A DNA stretch of 63,809 nucleotides, counting the filler, from Circinaria calcarea (lineage: Eukaryota): assembly GCA_051942165.1 (NCBI GenBank). It is 29 parts of 29 records of this genome, joined end to end, with 100 filler letters (N's around TTAATTAATTAA, not from the genome) between each part and the next. Parts side by side here need not be neighbours in the genome. Positions count along the whole stretch, not along the records: positions 11,073 to 13,183 come from JAVECS010003871.1; positions 13,284 to 15,392 come from JAVECS010003872.1; positions 15,493 to 17,601 come from JAVECS010003873.1; positions 17,702 to 19,807 come from JAVECS010003874.1; positions 19,908 to 22,013 come from JAVECS010003875.1; positions 22,114 to 24,218 come from JAVECS010003876.1; positions 24,319 to 26,423 come from JAVECS010003877.1; 22 more parts are not named here. One strand, written 5' to 3'. Position numbers and translations under genes: made by a program. The notes below the pieces were generated by a model. That model was given only the letters and a program-made list of their open reading frames with translations. It did no database searches and had not been told where the DNA came from. Position 1 is the first letter of the stretch. Each line of letters starts with the position of its first letter. This document shows, piece after piece, positions 10,973 through 24,736 of this stretch.

Positions 10973-13283
10973 NNNNNNNNNNNNNNNNNNNNNNNNNNNN
11001 NNNNNNNNNNNNNNNNTTAATTAATTAANNNNNNNNNNNNNNNNNNNNNNNNNNNNNNNNNNNNNNNNNNNNATACCCATCCCCAGCACCGCCCACCAAC
11101 AAACCGCCCACACAGTCGCCGCCCGATACTGGTATGACGGGCAGTACGTGCATAACGCCAAAGAAGATGCCGCCGAGGTTGCACTGAGGACTTTGACAAC
11201 GGGTAGTCCGGGAAGTATGAGCGCGGGCTCGAGTGTGGGTAGTCCTGTGGGATCAGGGGCGGCGGATTGGGGGAATACCGGGCAAGGAAGTCAGGCGGGG
11301 TGGGGAGGGGTGAGGTGAGCATAGAAGGTAGGCGGTGGAGACTTAGTTGAAGGCGTAAAAGAAGGGTATGAGAAAAGGGGTAGTGTAAAGATCTCACGGG
11401 ACAGAGTGCTGATTGTCTCCTGATTGGGATGAGTGGGAAGAAGTTTCTCTTTCTTATATCCTTGTCGATTGTGTCTGTACTTTTCTATCGTCAACAGAGG
11501 AAGAGGAGGAGGGAAAGAAGAAGAAGGAGAAGAAGAGACATGGAGCGCAGGATCCCAGGTGGGATGAAGTAAGAGGAGTGGAGAAGAGGCTCTACCTGTT
11601 GTTATGAAGGATCCAAGATTTTTACCTGTTCTATCTATTTAGTCTACTCTTGTTTTAGAAATATGTCATTTACTATTTCTCGACTCGGCTTATCCAAAAA
11701 CTTCCATTCATTGACCTGCCTCTTTTCGTCCTCCCCCAATTATTGCTGTTCACAGCCGTCTACCATTCCCACTCCCGGGTCCTATCCCCATTGGAGACAG
11801 ACCCGTCCTCCACCCGCCACCCTCCAGCGCTGCCGATAGTCACGGCAATCCGGACTAGGCTACAGTCTATGGGTAAGTGGGACTACACTGCAGTGGACTT
11901 TTGCCAGTCCAGTTGGATTCGTGACACGGACGGTTCCATGCTTATAATATTATATATACATCCTCATAAGGCTCAGTTCATCTGCCGTCCGCGGACCTCC
12001 TTTTATCCCTCGGGTTGATTACCAACGCCTTAATCCCCCTCCCCCCCCCTGTACTTCACCCCGGGGGTTTTATATTCATCGAGCGGAACTGATAGTACGG
12101 AGAACTACCAGGTCACAGTCACCGTCCCACCGTCTGGATTGGATTGCCCAAGATAGTTTCAACAGTCCAGTGAGTCCGGAACTGGACTGGACTTATTGGG
12201 GGACTACTGGTAGCGCTGGGTATCCCCCACACCAAGTTCAGCCGGATTTTAACTCACTCCCTTTTGAAAAGTAATTTCATACAATTTTCCTTTTAGAGAA
12301 AAAAAAAGCCCATTTGCAAAAATTTCCCCAATCGAATCAAATCGAATCGAATCGGGTGCCCTCGATTGGTTTTTTTTAAAAAATATTTAAACCATGTTCA
12401 GCCCCCACCATCTTGAGGGGGAAAGCAGATGCCGGTGAGCAAGTCCTTTCGGTCTCGGTCTCGGTCTATCTCGGTCTCGGTCCCGGTATCAAGTGCCTCC
12501 GGGGGTGGGGTAGCTAGGGATTTTTTTCCCTCCTGCGGAATTTGACTCGCTTAATTCTCAAATTCTTCCCTACCAATACCACTTCACTTTACGTTACGCT
12601 ACGTTACGCGATCGAAGGGCCTACTTCTCGTGCCCCAAAAAGATGTGGGGGGTTTACCCCGTTACCCGGGTAGGTAGTGAGTCGAGTGGAGTTGGGGTTG
12701 GATTATTTGACCTGTTGTTTTACAAAAATGCAAACGCGGGTGCGGAATGCGAATGCGAATGCGAATGCGGGTGCAAAATACTGTGAGAAAGGAGGGGGGG
12801 GAGACTGTATTATAGACAGAAAAAAAAGAAAGGGAGCTACTGGGATTTTTGGTGGATGTTTGGGCCGGGAGAAGTTTGGTAGTGGAATATATAGTACGCT
12901 ATATGCCCATGCCCATGCCCGGACTACGGTACGGTACGGGGTGATTTACGAAAAATTGCCCATATGGTGTTTATCGTTGGGTATTACTTGCTCTGAACAA
13001 AATAAAATGGGGAGGCAGTGTGTAAACCAAAAAGCTACAGAAGTTTTAATAGTGGGGTATGGGTTTGACTCTGTTGGAAAAAGTCCATTGGGATATCGTT
13101 TGTCAAATGGGTTTCTTCGCCTTCGCTGGGGCCAAAAGATTGATCTCGATCTCTCTCTCTCTCGGAGGGAGGGGGGGGGGGGGNNNNNNNNNNNNNNNNN
13201 NNNNNNNNNNNNNNNNNNNNNNNNNNNTTAATTAATTAANNNNNNNNNNNNNNNNNNNNNNNNNNNNNNNNNNNNNNNNNNNN

Positions 13284-14530
13284 ATCACGAAAAAAGGGTT
13301 GCAGGATGCTAGGGAACGTCATGGCTTCGAAGGAGATGGGTATCAATACTTTAAGAATCCGACCTGGTGGGGAGGTATCATCACACTTGTCCTTGGCGAG
13401 ATTGCCAATTTTGCCGCATATGCCTTTGCGCCGGCAATCCTCGTGACTCCGCTGGGAGCATTGAGTGTCCTCATAGGTGCTGTGCTTGGAGCATACTTTC
13501 TCAAGGAACAGATGGGAACGTTAGGGAAACTGGGATGTGCCATCTGCCTCATTGGCTCCGTTATCATTGTACTTCACGCACCACCCGACGAAGACATCAA
13601 GACGGTAGATCAGATTATTGATTATGCGGTGCAACCTGGTAAGGCGGTGTGAATACTACTGGCCAAACTGGACCGTGAGCTGATGTGTTTGCGTCAGGTT
13701 TTCTTATATATTGTGTGCTTGTGGCCGTATTCTCGGTGGTCATGATTTACAAGATCGCTCCAAAGTATGGAAAATCGAACCCTTTGTACTACCTTTCGAT
13801 CTGTTCAACAGTCGGTTCGGTATCCGTGATGGCGGTTAAAGCCTTTGGTATTGCGCTTAAGCTCACGCTGAATGGACACAACCAATTTACGCATCCTTCG
13901 ACATATGCATTTGCCATTGTTATGGTTGTTTGCATTCTGACACAGATGAATTATTTCAACAAGGCTTTGAGTGAATTCTCGCAATCCTTGTTGGTGCTCC
14001 CATTCTAGACCCCGGCACTAAATGCTAATGTGTGTTTCAGGGTAAATCCTTTGTATTACGTTTTTTTCACTACTTCGGTACTTTGTGCCTCGTTCATATT
14101 ATTCCGAGGCTTTAACACTACGGATCGAGTCAATACAGTGTCGCTGATCTGCGGATTCCTGGTTATCTTCACAGGCGTATATCTGCTCAATCTTTCCTCT
14201 GGCGACCCAGATGGGCACCGATTACTCAACGGTCATATTGAAGAAGGGATTCCAACCGATGGAATTGCCAGTATACAAACCAGACGGAGCATGCAGTCTC
14301 GGCGAAGTGTGGAGCCCGGTCGCTTGAGTAATGGCAATCTGGCCTTTAGTCCACGAAACCCTCACGGAGATAGAGAAGCCCTCATTCGGTCGTATGATGT
14401 CGAGAACGGAGGCTTCGGCTTATCGGATCTGACCGAGGATAGCGAGAATGAGAGCGATGGGCTGCATCGAGAAAGGGAAGAGGAACACCCGAGAACCAAT
14501 GGTCATATACGGAAACATTCCCTTCGGTAG
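13284..14530 (+). CDS. NIPA/DUF803 family magnesium transporter, 3' part (3 exons seen)
   Basis: Motifs GEIANFAAYAFAPAILVTPLGALSVLIGAVL, YLSICSTVGSVSVMAVKAFGIALKLT, QMNYFNKAL and VNPLYYVFFTT. Introns near 13639-13698 and 13990-14041. Confidence 0.95.
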
Positions 14531-17286
14531 TCTCGGCTTCCTCCATCTCTATCTTTCATTGATGGAGGAAGATTATCCGTGATTTTCGACAGAATGAATT
14601 TAATATATGCCAGTGTGTTGGGCAACGGACGTGCCTCGCTGGTTCGGGGAGATTCATGATAAATGGTGAGATACGCGGGGTAGTCCCAACACCCCCATTC
14701 TCGGATACGAATAGGGCCGCGTTTTGCATCTGGCCTTCCTGGTTGCGGCATGGAATTAGACGGCGTTCTTATGCGAATGGGCATTTTACGGATATAGGTA
14801 CTGTATCCGGGAAGATTGGAGGTGGCGTGGGGAAATGGATGGCATGGTTTATGTGAGATATGTAAAGGTTATACCCCCCCCGATAGGTCAAAGAAATCCC
14901 ATTGTCACAATGCAGGAACCAACTTTATTACCCTCCTTTTTTTGGTTACACGAGTATGATCCGGAGGGGGGCTACACGGGCATTACATTCCTTAATCGTC
15001 GGCTTATGCAATCAAACTCTCATGTCCAACCCCAAGGGGGGGGGCCTAAATTGAGACCCCATTGCCTCCCTTTCCCCTTCCTTCTCCCCCTTCTCCACGA
15101 GCCCAATCCATCATCCTCCGCGCATACATGTCCGTTTTGCCCCTCCCTTACCAAGTACCACGGCAAGGGGATTTCTCATTATTCCGCCCCCTCTTTTTTC
15201 TTCTTCCTTTTCTTCCTCCACGCGCGAGGTACCCCTTCCACTCACACTCACAACAAATATACTAATCCCCTCTCTTCCCCAAACCCCCCCTCCTCCCGAG
15301 ATAAGGGGGTGGAAAGAAAGAAAGAAAGGAGTGGGGAAGAAAGGGGTGTAGTACGGAATGGGATAGGATGGGGTAGAATGAGGAGTTTATTCNNNNNNNN
15401 NNNNNNNNNNNNNNNNNNNNNNNNNNNNNNNNNNNNTTAATTAATTAANNNNNNNNNNNNNNNNNNNNNNNNNNNNNNNNNNNNNNNNNNNNTTTCTGTG
15501 CTCCTCTAGATTTAGCAATGATTCGTTCCTCCTCTACTTAAGCTGTGCCCCTGAACAACTTTCCACTACCTGTTGACTCATAGTGGCTTGTGGGAGATTC
15601 CAGCTACACTGTCTGAAGTGTGTGCCGGCTGACTCGGACTGCTCTTGCGGGGTCGTCCCGGCTCATCATAGGTATCATAACCCCGAAGGTTTGGGATCCG
15701 TGTAATAGCCCGCTGGGTAGTGCGGTGTTTCTCATCAAAGCTATCAACGGACTCCCCCGTTGCTGCCAGGAGTTCCTCCATTTCTTCACCGGGTGTTCTC
15801 AGTGGCCTGGTTCACCCGTAGCTCTTGGCCGCCAATCTTGCTGGATTGTTGTAGTTTAGCTTGTTGTATCCCTTCTCGATGCGCGTGACGTGTCTATTGG
15901 GCAAAGACTTGCCTTTACCTGGTTCACATATCCGGCTCAATTTTTGTAACATGCCCATTAGGCAATGTCTTGCCCTTTACCTTATACCGTGCAGCTACGT
16001 CTGCCTACCAGTCTCCTAGATTGAGGTGCATACCTAATAAAATTTCGGTACAGTTGTTATTAGATTCGCCGTCTAGTGATATAGATCCGTGTATGAGATG
16101 CACTAATATCATGTCGTTATTCTCCGAATATAGGAAACTCGCCTTTCACACACAAGGATAGTTCGCTTGCGGCCCCAACCTGATTTTATCATCAGTTCAG
16201 CAAAATCTCATATATAGACTCCTCACGGGTTGTACAGGCGGGATTCGTCTGTGTACAAGTACTGAAACGTCGCTCATCTATGAGTGAGTCGCGATATAGT
16301 AAAGTGCTCCGACGACGAAACTGGCTTGTGCTCGAGGGTTCCTGTGGAGATATGTCATCCCTTCGTTGTACTTCTCCAGTTGACAATGGTCCAAGAGATT
16401 TGGCTTCTCAGCTTCTGCGATAGACGTCTTGCGATTTATCCAGTTCAAGCCCCAAGGATTGATTTCTCCTATACTACTGCTCTTGTTGCATTGCTTGATG
16501 GACGATATTCCGCCAACTATCAACTGCCACCTTGAGATTTGCCCTCCGATATGGTGCTACAGTTTGGGGCGTAATACGACATGAGGAGTGATGTGGCTAG
16601 AGAGATGATGGGAGAGGAGTTGTTTCATATCTAACAACCAGAAAGATAAGGTGATAAGTTTTTATACTCTTTAAAATTCTAAGAAAAATTGCGTCAAGGA
16701 TTGGGAAAGCCATGGATGTCTTGGGAGCATCGCATTGACTCCTGCAGGGGAAGACAATATGTTCCATGATGAAGAAGTGAAATTGTGCTGTGCGAGATGG
16801 AGTAGGAAATGAAACGGAAAAGTATAGAATTGGGCTGGGTGGTTGATAGTTTGAGGATAACCGCAGTGAGTTTCAACCAGATATTGAACCTAGATATGAA
16901 TGTTCAATCATAAGAAAGGTCTATCATGTGACTTGAGTGGGAAAGGGCGGTCATTTCCCACATGACCTGGAGAGTTGCGGGAGCTATAGAAACCAATTAT
17001 CATGACCCTTTGGTTAGCAATATTGAGCCACGTGTTACATGCTGGAGGGATAATTTGCAAGGTAGTGTGGTAGAATTATCGATTAAAGTTATGTACAAGT
17101 GAGGGTACCATACCCATTATGCAAGGATATCATGGAGGATGTCAAAAAGATAGACCGCGAGTAAAAGAAATGGGTATAACCGCAAGCTCTTGCTTTTACA
17201 ATGGTCATCTGAAATGTAATAGAATGAGTCTGCAAACAGGCCTAGGCACACCAAAACCTTTGAGGTCCAAATAAAACCGTATTTCC

Positions 17287-17601
17287 TTATTGCATGTTGA
17301 TGTCGAATGTAGGACTCGGTGGGGTGACTTCTAAGACGGCCGGTCCGTACAACACCATCGAGTCCATGAGTGAGCTGGTGACGTTGGTATTAGTTACGAG
17401 CGCGTAGGTTTGGCCCATAGCAGTCTCTGGGATCATAGTTGTAATCATGCCGTTCGCCATCGTAGCTGCGACACTGGTGGTGGCAAGTCCGCTAAGGAAG
17501 GTAACGAAAAAGGTGTCGGGAAGAGTTCCAGCAACGCTGAACGTGAAAGGGATGCCTGGAGCTGTTGGTTGACCTTGGGTAGCGGTGAGCGCTGGGAATG
17601 C
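17287..17601 (-). CDS. C-terminus of an Rds1/ferritin-like-domain secreted protein
   Basis: Not in the ORF track. Reads AFPALTATQGQPTAPG...FVTFLSGL...GQTYALVT...DSMVLYGPAVLEVTPPSPTFDINMQ*, with the stop at 17287-17289. Confidence 0.6.
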   Translation of the reverse strand, partial: AFPALTATQGQPTAPGIPFTFSVAGTLPDTFFVTFLSGLATTSVAATMANGMITTMIPETAMGQTYALVTNTNVTSSLMDSMVLYGPAVLEVTPPSPTFDINMQ

Positions 17602-18517
17602 NNNNNNNNNNNNNNNNNNNNNNNNNNNNNNNNNNNNNNNNNNNNTTAATTAATTAANNNNNNNNNNNNNNNNNNNNNNNNNNNNNNNNNNNNNNNNNNN
17701 NCTGCTATGATTCGAGCCCTACATTGCACATCGTGGAGGCAAGAGTCATCGAGTGTCCTTCGGGGCCCTCGCTGGCGGAATTTTTGATGGTCTTCCTCAC
17801 CTTAGAGGTCAGTCTTTCATTGATGGTTTGCCTGGTGCATTCCTTCGGAGAAGGATGTAAAAGTAGTAGCTGGCTCGATCTGCTTGTGACAATATACAAC
17901 AGCATTGAAAGTTGGTTATCCTAGACGTGCTTTGACCGAGATTTATCTGCTAGTTTAGAAGACCAAGATTGCTACGTGGATAGCACAGGGCAACTTTGTT
18001 TGATAGATTCACAGTTATGTAGGATATTGATCAAATATGCAGATTACACGGTTTCCCAGTTAGCTGAGCCCAGAGCCTGATGGATGCTAGTTGATACCGC
18101 ACCTCTATTCGAGGCCGGTGTGCACAAGTCGTTGCCGATGAAAGGCGATCAGTGTATGAGAGTTTGCCTCTGTTCCCATTACCTATGAACGAGTCCTTCC
18201 AAGCCTTACGTCATTATGATCAAGGTCTCAGGTTATTCGATGAGTGATGATTCCTGTGTGAGGAGTGCTTATATTTTTGCTTACCCGTCTCGACTTATAG
18301 CCTTGCTATGATAACTTTTCTTCAGCCATCACCTCCTTTGCCATCGTAAGGGTGGGGCTGCTGACCACCTTCCCACGATGCCGGCGTAGTAGAGGTGGAG
18401 GCCCTCTTATAAACAATCCGCTGTTCTAATTGCGTTCCAAATTCTGGCTTTCCGTCTACCTGGCTCCTCAAAGCTTTTAACAGAGCAGAGACAAGTTATC
18501 TGAGGCGATTCAGTAAG

Positions 18518-19534
18518 ATGGCGGACCCAATCGGCCGGATAAGTAGCAGTTTGCAGATATACAGCCTCTTGAAATCCTTCCCTAGGAATATTTACCTCTC
18601 CATATCCGACTTGTTTGGGTATTCGAGCTTATATGGGATCTCTGGCATCATAGTGTGGCGGTTTGGCAGCAAGAATGTCTGGCGTATGCAAGCGCAAGTC
18701 CTAAGAAGCCTGAAGGACGATGACGCCATGGCTTTTAGGAAGTCGATGCAAGATGAGTGCACCATGATAGCAGTTGCGGTAGGTGCGAGCTGTGTCAGTT
18801 TGCTGGTAATATATATCAGGAAGAAGCCTGCGTATTGCTCCAAATTTCTTACCCAGCGCGGCATCGGTCGTTACTATTTCGGCCCCTAATATGTGTTATT
18901 GTCGGGATCCATCACCTCCTTTCTGATTGGCCTTGGGGGTTATTTAGGTTTCGTCTAGCAGAGAAGCCTTGATATCAACGGAGGATTCAATGATAGTAGG
19001 AATGTGTTCGTTGCTTATATCATTAGCGTTGGAATATCCTACACCAGCTATCGCTTATCTACGTTAGTTCAAGAGAATCAAGAGTTCAAAGGCACATTGC
19101 TTGAACTTTTCTTGAAGCAATATGGACTGTCCGGGAGAGATGAAGACTCCGGAGAAGGGAAGACGTTCACCGCTTATGGCCCTGCACATCATCCTAGTGG
19201 TGGCCTAGATGGAGACGTTGAGGCTCCGGCCATTGGGTAGGGGAAATCATCCAACGATCATGTTCTCAGTCCGATGCGTCCTGCAGCAGACCAAGCATTT
19301 CCACAAGCCATACCGATTCAACCAGACATCTTAGATACCGTGTCAAGCATGACGTGTGACGTTGAGAAGCCAGGTGTGACCATAACCTCCCAAGAGCCAC
19401 CTAATGCTCGACCAGAGATGCCAGACCAGCGGCTTCTGATCCGTGCACTCCGAGAGTCAGGACGATTGCGGAGGGAGTTGGCTACAACTGAGGAGCTCAT
19501 AGCCGGATACTACGAGCGTCTTCTAGCGAGTTAA
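18518..19534 (+). pseudogene. Degenerate fungal multi-TM membrane protein gene
   Basis: Fragments FRKSMQDECTMIAVA, PSAASVVTISAP and SFLIGLGGYLGFV*QRSLD...DSRNVFVAY. In-frame TAGs at 18956 and 19238 and a frameshift near 18895. Confidence 0.5.
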
Positions 19535-20405
19535 ACCTTCTCAAGCTCATTCATGCCCCTCATCGAAGTAAGGCCCGGACTTAATGGGTCAATCGACTTC
19601 CCATCCAGGAGAGAGCGTGTCGACATCTTATCTCCAGAGCCGCGTGCCAATGAAAGTAGAAGATAGCTTTTGGCCAAGTCCTTCGATCGAGAATGGAATA
19701 TACAACATTTCCCTCCCCCTCACAGGCAACCCCGCAACGTCCCAAACCGAGTAGACCAGGGTGATCAAAAAGGTCCGCCGAGACAGTTTGACGAGACCGG
19801 ATGAAAANNNNNNNNNNNNNNNNNNNNNNNNNNNNNNNNNNNNNNNNNNNNTTAATTAATTAANNNNNNNNNNNNNNNNNNNNNNNNNNNNNNNNNNNNN
19901 NNNNNNNAGGAAAAGGGTGGTTGTAGTGGAGGGGAATAAGAAGAACGAGGAAGGGGCCGGGAGATAAATAGATTCTCGAGGGGGATAAGTCGTGGATGTA
20001 TAAATAGGAGAAGGAAAAGACGCCAAAAGAAATTAATGGCGTTGGCGGGAATTAGAGGGAATGGAGAGTGGGGAAGGAAACAGAGTGGGATGAAGGGGTA
20101 AGGGGAATAAATAGGAAAATGATTTGCAGATGTAAGAACGCCGTTTTTATAACTGAAATTTTTTTGGGATATGATGATTGTTTCTGTTTGACGCTATTAT
20201 AGGCAAATTCGAATCGGCCCCCTAATTAAATCGGCGTTACCAAAATATTGCAAGTTCTACCGAAACCTTCCCCCAAGCTTTTGTATTATGTAATCCACAC
20301 GCTCAAGAATTTTGCTGTAAATAATCGCGTCCACCAAAGAGCCCGTTGAATCTCTCTACGCCGTCACCCTTCTTCACTCATCAACACATCCCAACTAATT
20401 CTACA

Positions 20406-21613
20406 ATGGCAGACTTGACTAATCCAAAAGATGCCCTTTTGACTGAACATTTCCGCTATACCCCGCTCGTAAGCCGACGCCCATTAACTCACTTCTACCC
20501 TGCGATTAAACCGCCTACAGTCCCTTATCGACGACATCATAAACACCGTCAATGCAATAATCTACCGCGCCATCCAAGCCATTGAGAATGGTCTCTTATC
20601 CACCCCTCCTCAAGTCCTCGGTTTCGGCGTCGACCCCTCCTCCACAGACCTTAGTATCCGCGACACAGATGAAGACGGAAATGAGGAATACCCCGAAGCG
20701 CACGAGGAAATTGAGAACGGAGTGCATCAGCTAGAGACTTTACTGGAAGCGACGGTGGACAAGACGTTTGACAAGTTTGAGATTTATACACTCAGGAATA
20801 TCTTGACCGTACCGGATGATTTGGCGCCTTGGATGCGGTTGGGGCATTATGAAGTCTGCTGCCCCTTTTCCATAATCTCCTTCTAATCCTGCCACACGCG
20901 TCTCTTTTCTTCATCCTCCATGTCTTTTCTCCGATACAGTAACCCAGCTAATGCGCCATGTCTTTACCTAGAACGTCAATCTCGCCCCCAGCGTCACTTC
21001 CCCAACTCCCGAATCCATCCTCTCCCTCCGGCGCACTCTCCAAGAAACTCAAAAACTCAACCTAGCCCTCCAATCAACTCATGCCCGAAACGCAGCTCTA
21101 ATTACCCAACTCCATTCCCTCATTTCCCCGTCCGCTTCGGCCGCTGTAACGACAATTCCAACCAAGAAAGAATCTTCCTCCTCTCCTTCTTCCTTCCCTT
21201 CCCATCCACCTCCACCACAAGCGCCAACCTCCCTCGCTTTCCTAAATTCCACACCCACATTTACCGCAAACCATGCCCTAACGTCAATCGCCCAATTCAC
21301 CACCTCCCAACTCCCCTCCCTCCGCGCTCTCCTCGCCTCCCTACGCCCCAAACTAGCGTCTCTCCGCGCCGCGTCCGCTTTCCCGTCGCGCAATGCTAGG
21401 GCGGAAGAACGGCGCGAGTACATCGAATCTGTTACCGGACGTGTGGTGCGCGATTACGTTGGGGAGGAGGGAGAGTCTGGAATAGTGGGCAGGAGGGTAG
21501 TGGGCGAGGAGGTCGAGGCTTTGGAGGGGATTGTGGATGGGTTTCTAAGGGAGAAAGAAGGAAGGGACGAGGGGGATGGGGATGAGAATGGGGATGTGAG
21601 GATGGGGCATTGA
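20406..21613 (+). CDS. MIS12: Kinetochore protein Mis12/Mtw1 (3 exons)
   Basis: LLTEHFRYTPL|SLIDDIINTVN...EIENGVHQLETLLEATVDKTFDKFEIYTLRNIL. Introns at 20469-20520 and ~20854-20971. The last exon reads to TGA at 21613. Confidence 0.92.
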
Positions 21614-24028
21614 GAGGACTGGAGGTATTGGTAGGTGAGATGGTTTGGAGGCATTATATTGGTTTTGCTTTTACAATACCCTGAATGATTTATCAAGTGT
21701 ATGCGCAAGAAATAGGAAATGCCAAAGGCAAAGGCAGAAGCGCCAATGATTAGAATCATGGGTTCGATTGGATTTCCTCAGTTCTGGCCAACTGCTTCTT
21801 CTACACAGTAACCACCCTTGCTATCCTCTCACTTTTTCCGCAGGACAATGCGACTCTTGTTGGGAACATGAGATGGGTGAGAAATTCCCACAATTAGACA
21901 GTAAAAACAATTTGTGATCGGAACGAGCTGGCATGGCGCCATCATCGGGAACCCACCGTGGCACCAGAATCCATCAAATCCCCCCTCCCCCTTCTTCGTC
22001 TTGTCCTCTCACCNNNNNNNNNNNNNNNNNNNNNNNNNNNNNNNNNNNNNNNNNNNNTTAATTAATTAANNNNNNNNNNNNNNNNNNNNNNNNNNNNNNN
22101 NNNNNNNNNNNNNGTTCACTACTCTTCTGGCCGGCCCCGTGGTATGGTGCCCGCAGGGCCTCTAATAGTGCAGCTGGTGCAGTGCAGACTTGGGTACCCG
22201 GGGGGGGGGAACAAACCGGTGCGACCACTGCACTACAGTTTTATTGAGCAGATACAATGGGCTCCCGAATTTTCTCTCCCCTTTTTTTCGGTTTGTCTCG
22301 TATCCGTTTTCCTATCGGTTGCTATTGCTATGCTGGCAAGTGGAAAATATGCAAACGCAAAGAAAAGACAAAGGGAAAGTTGGAAAGGAGAGAATAGGGT
22401 ACGGTAGGGTAGGATAGGTAAGAGGATACTGAGTTTACTTTCCCCACCGATTCCGAGTTTCCGAGTTTCCGGGTTTCCCAAAGAGGCATCCCCTGGCAAA
22501 GGGTTTTTTGGGGGGGCGAAAGAATCTTAGGATGGCAGAGCGGAAGAGCGTTCGTCTGGTCTAGTAGTCATATCAACAGAATAGGATAGGGATCATATTA
22601 TACAAACTCCCTCCCTACCTTAGTCCATGCGATATCGGACGAAGAGTAATCCTCCGCCCCTTGATCCAACCCATCCCAGGCAAATTCAACCCAGGCCCAT
22701 CCCAGGTCCTAGCCCAGATAAACTCAACCTGAACCAGCAACCCCATGCCGAATGCTTACGCCGACGTTACAGCGCAGCATATCCCCACCCGTTTTCCTCC
22801 GCATAATGCATTGATGCCGGCCGAAAGAAAGAAAGAAAAAACGAAAGTGAGAAGAGAAAGGAGAAAAACAGAGGCGATGGGAATTTCCTGACTTTTAGAA
22901 AGGAAGAAAGGATGGGTTGGGAATCGGGGGAAATTTTAACGAGAGACCCTGATGATGACCTGCTTTCGAAATTTTTGTTCGCCAGACTGCTAGAACCTTC
23001 GAAAGTTTCTTTCTGACATTCTAAAGAGACATACCTTCCCTGCATTAAATTACCTCTCTTATGGGAATCCAGCCCCGTAAACCGTATAAATTTTCTAATT
23101 AAAAAAAAAACCAACTCCTCGAGCCCTGGCCCCTGGGGATAATTCCGAGAAAAAGTCATACCAGATGTATCTTTAAAAAAATCCTTCGCGTTTTGTCCCG
23201 CGTTTAGACGGTTTAAAAGTGTCAAAATCGCCGTATCTGAAAAGAATTTTCTCGAATATCGGTGTTTCATGCGCAAAAAACAAACGGCTACTAATAACCC
23301 TCGAGATTTAATAGAAATAGCCACGACTTATTTAAAAAAAAAAAAGATTAAAAAAATATCTTTTTTCCAAGTTATAGACGGAAGGTGAATGAAACATGGG
23401 GAGCCTGAGCCTACGGATTGGGGGTTCCGGAGCTGGGTTGGTTTTAAATTATAGATAGTTCACTTTAAAAGATAGTAAAGGATAAGTTACCTGAAAGCAT
23501 TTTATTGGTATTTGCGGCCGCTTTGTTGTGGGGGGGCTCACTGCTGTCAACTGAGTGCATTTTTCCTTTCCTTTTTTTTTTCCCTTTCTGGCGCAAGTAG
23601 ATAAAAGTTTGGTATGGCTGGTAATCGATAATATTGTGGCAGAAAAAGGGGGCTGGTTGGTGTGGTGACCACTGGGGAAGGGGGGAAAAAACCGATGTGG
23701 TAGATTGGGGTAAAGGGCAAAAGGGAGGGAAGGAAAGGGAATGAAAGGAAAAGGGGAAGGGGGAAGTGGAGGGAGGGAAATGAAAAGGAAAGGAGGATCG
23801 GGCGACAAGTAAAAAGCGTTTTGGGTTACAAAAGGATACATGGTCGCATCCTCAGCCGGATATCACTCTGCTCCTCGTTAGAGGGTGATACGAACAATAA
23901 TGTTCATGAAAATAAAAACAACTCTATCGTGCCCCACCATTGGCGGGAACGTCCCACGGAAAACACCAAATGCTCCCAAAGACGCTTCCTCTTTCCCATC
24001 GAATCCGAGGGAAAAACAGCAAGGATAT

Positions 24029-24217
24029 CTACACGGCACTGTAACCCCCTCTTGTCCCTCCCCCTTGCACCGTACTCACAACCTTCCGGCCCCAGTCCTG
24101 CAGTATGTACGGGATATCCCTTATCGTGTCACCGTGGGGCAGGAGATCCCAGCCGCGGGCGCCATAGCGGTTGTAGTTTAGCCATGAACCGAAGATGAGG
24201 TAGGCGGCTAGGGAGAG
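24029..24217 (-). CDS. ATG27: Autophagy protein Atg27, C-terminus
   Basis: Not in the ORF track. Reads AAYLIFGSWLNYNRYGARGWDLLPHGDTIRDIPYILQDWGRKVVSTVQGGGTRGGYSAV*, ending in the YSAV sorting motif. Confidence 0.92.
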   Translation of the reverse strand, partial: LSLAAYLIFGSWLNYNRYGARGWDLLPHGDTIRDIPYILQDWGRKVVSTVQGGGTRGGYSAV

Positions 24218-24318
24218 GNNNNNNNNNNNNNNNNNNNNNNNNNNNNNNNNNNNNNNNNNNNNTTAATTAATTAANNNNNNNNNNNNNNNNNNNNNNNNNN
24301 NNNNNNNNNNNNNNNNNN

Positions 24319-24736
24319 ATGAAACGAGATCCGCATGCGGTTGGGCGGGCAAGGATTAGCGCGGTCATGTTTGCGGAGATCTTCAACGGCCTCATCGAGC
24401 CGATTTCATACAAAGCCATGGTGGGATATCTCTTGGTTTTTGCGGAACTTCGGAGCTAATTGCTGACTTTTTGCCTTCCAGATCTTTTGCCTTACCCTCA
24501 TTTTCGGCTGCGTGGCCATTTCCAACTTCGCCTTCAGTTTCCTGGCCAAAAAGACTCCTCCGCCGCCGCCGATGAACCATTATCCTCCACCACCCACTCC
24601 ACAACATCCAACGGGCTTCCCTACCGGGGGCCACTATTACGCACCCTATCCCGGTCAGATGACTGCTGCGGGGATAGATGGTACTTTGGATAATACGGAG
24701 AGAGATAGCCCTGCAAAGAGGCTCGGGTTTCATTAA
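24319..24736 (+). CDS. Nuclear envelope protein Brr6/Brl1, C-terminus
   Basis: MKRDPHAVGRARISAVMFAEIFNGLIEPISYKAM|IFCLTLIFG..., with an intron at 24421-24481. Confidence 0.85.

Noticed and set aside
15493..16600. Fragmented minus-strand coding-like sequence
   Set aside because: Multiple stops and no recognisable domain; too weak to call.
22767..23324. 185-aa ORF in AT-rich DNA as a transposon gene
   Set aside because: No RT, integrase or transposase motif is recognisable, and the ORF runs into simple repeats.
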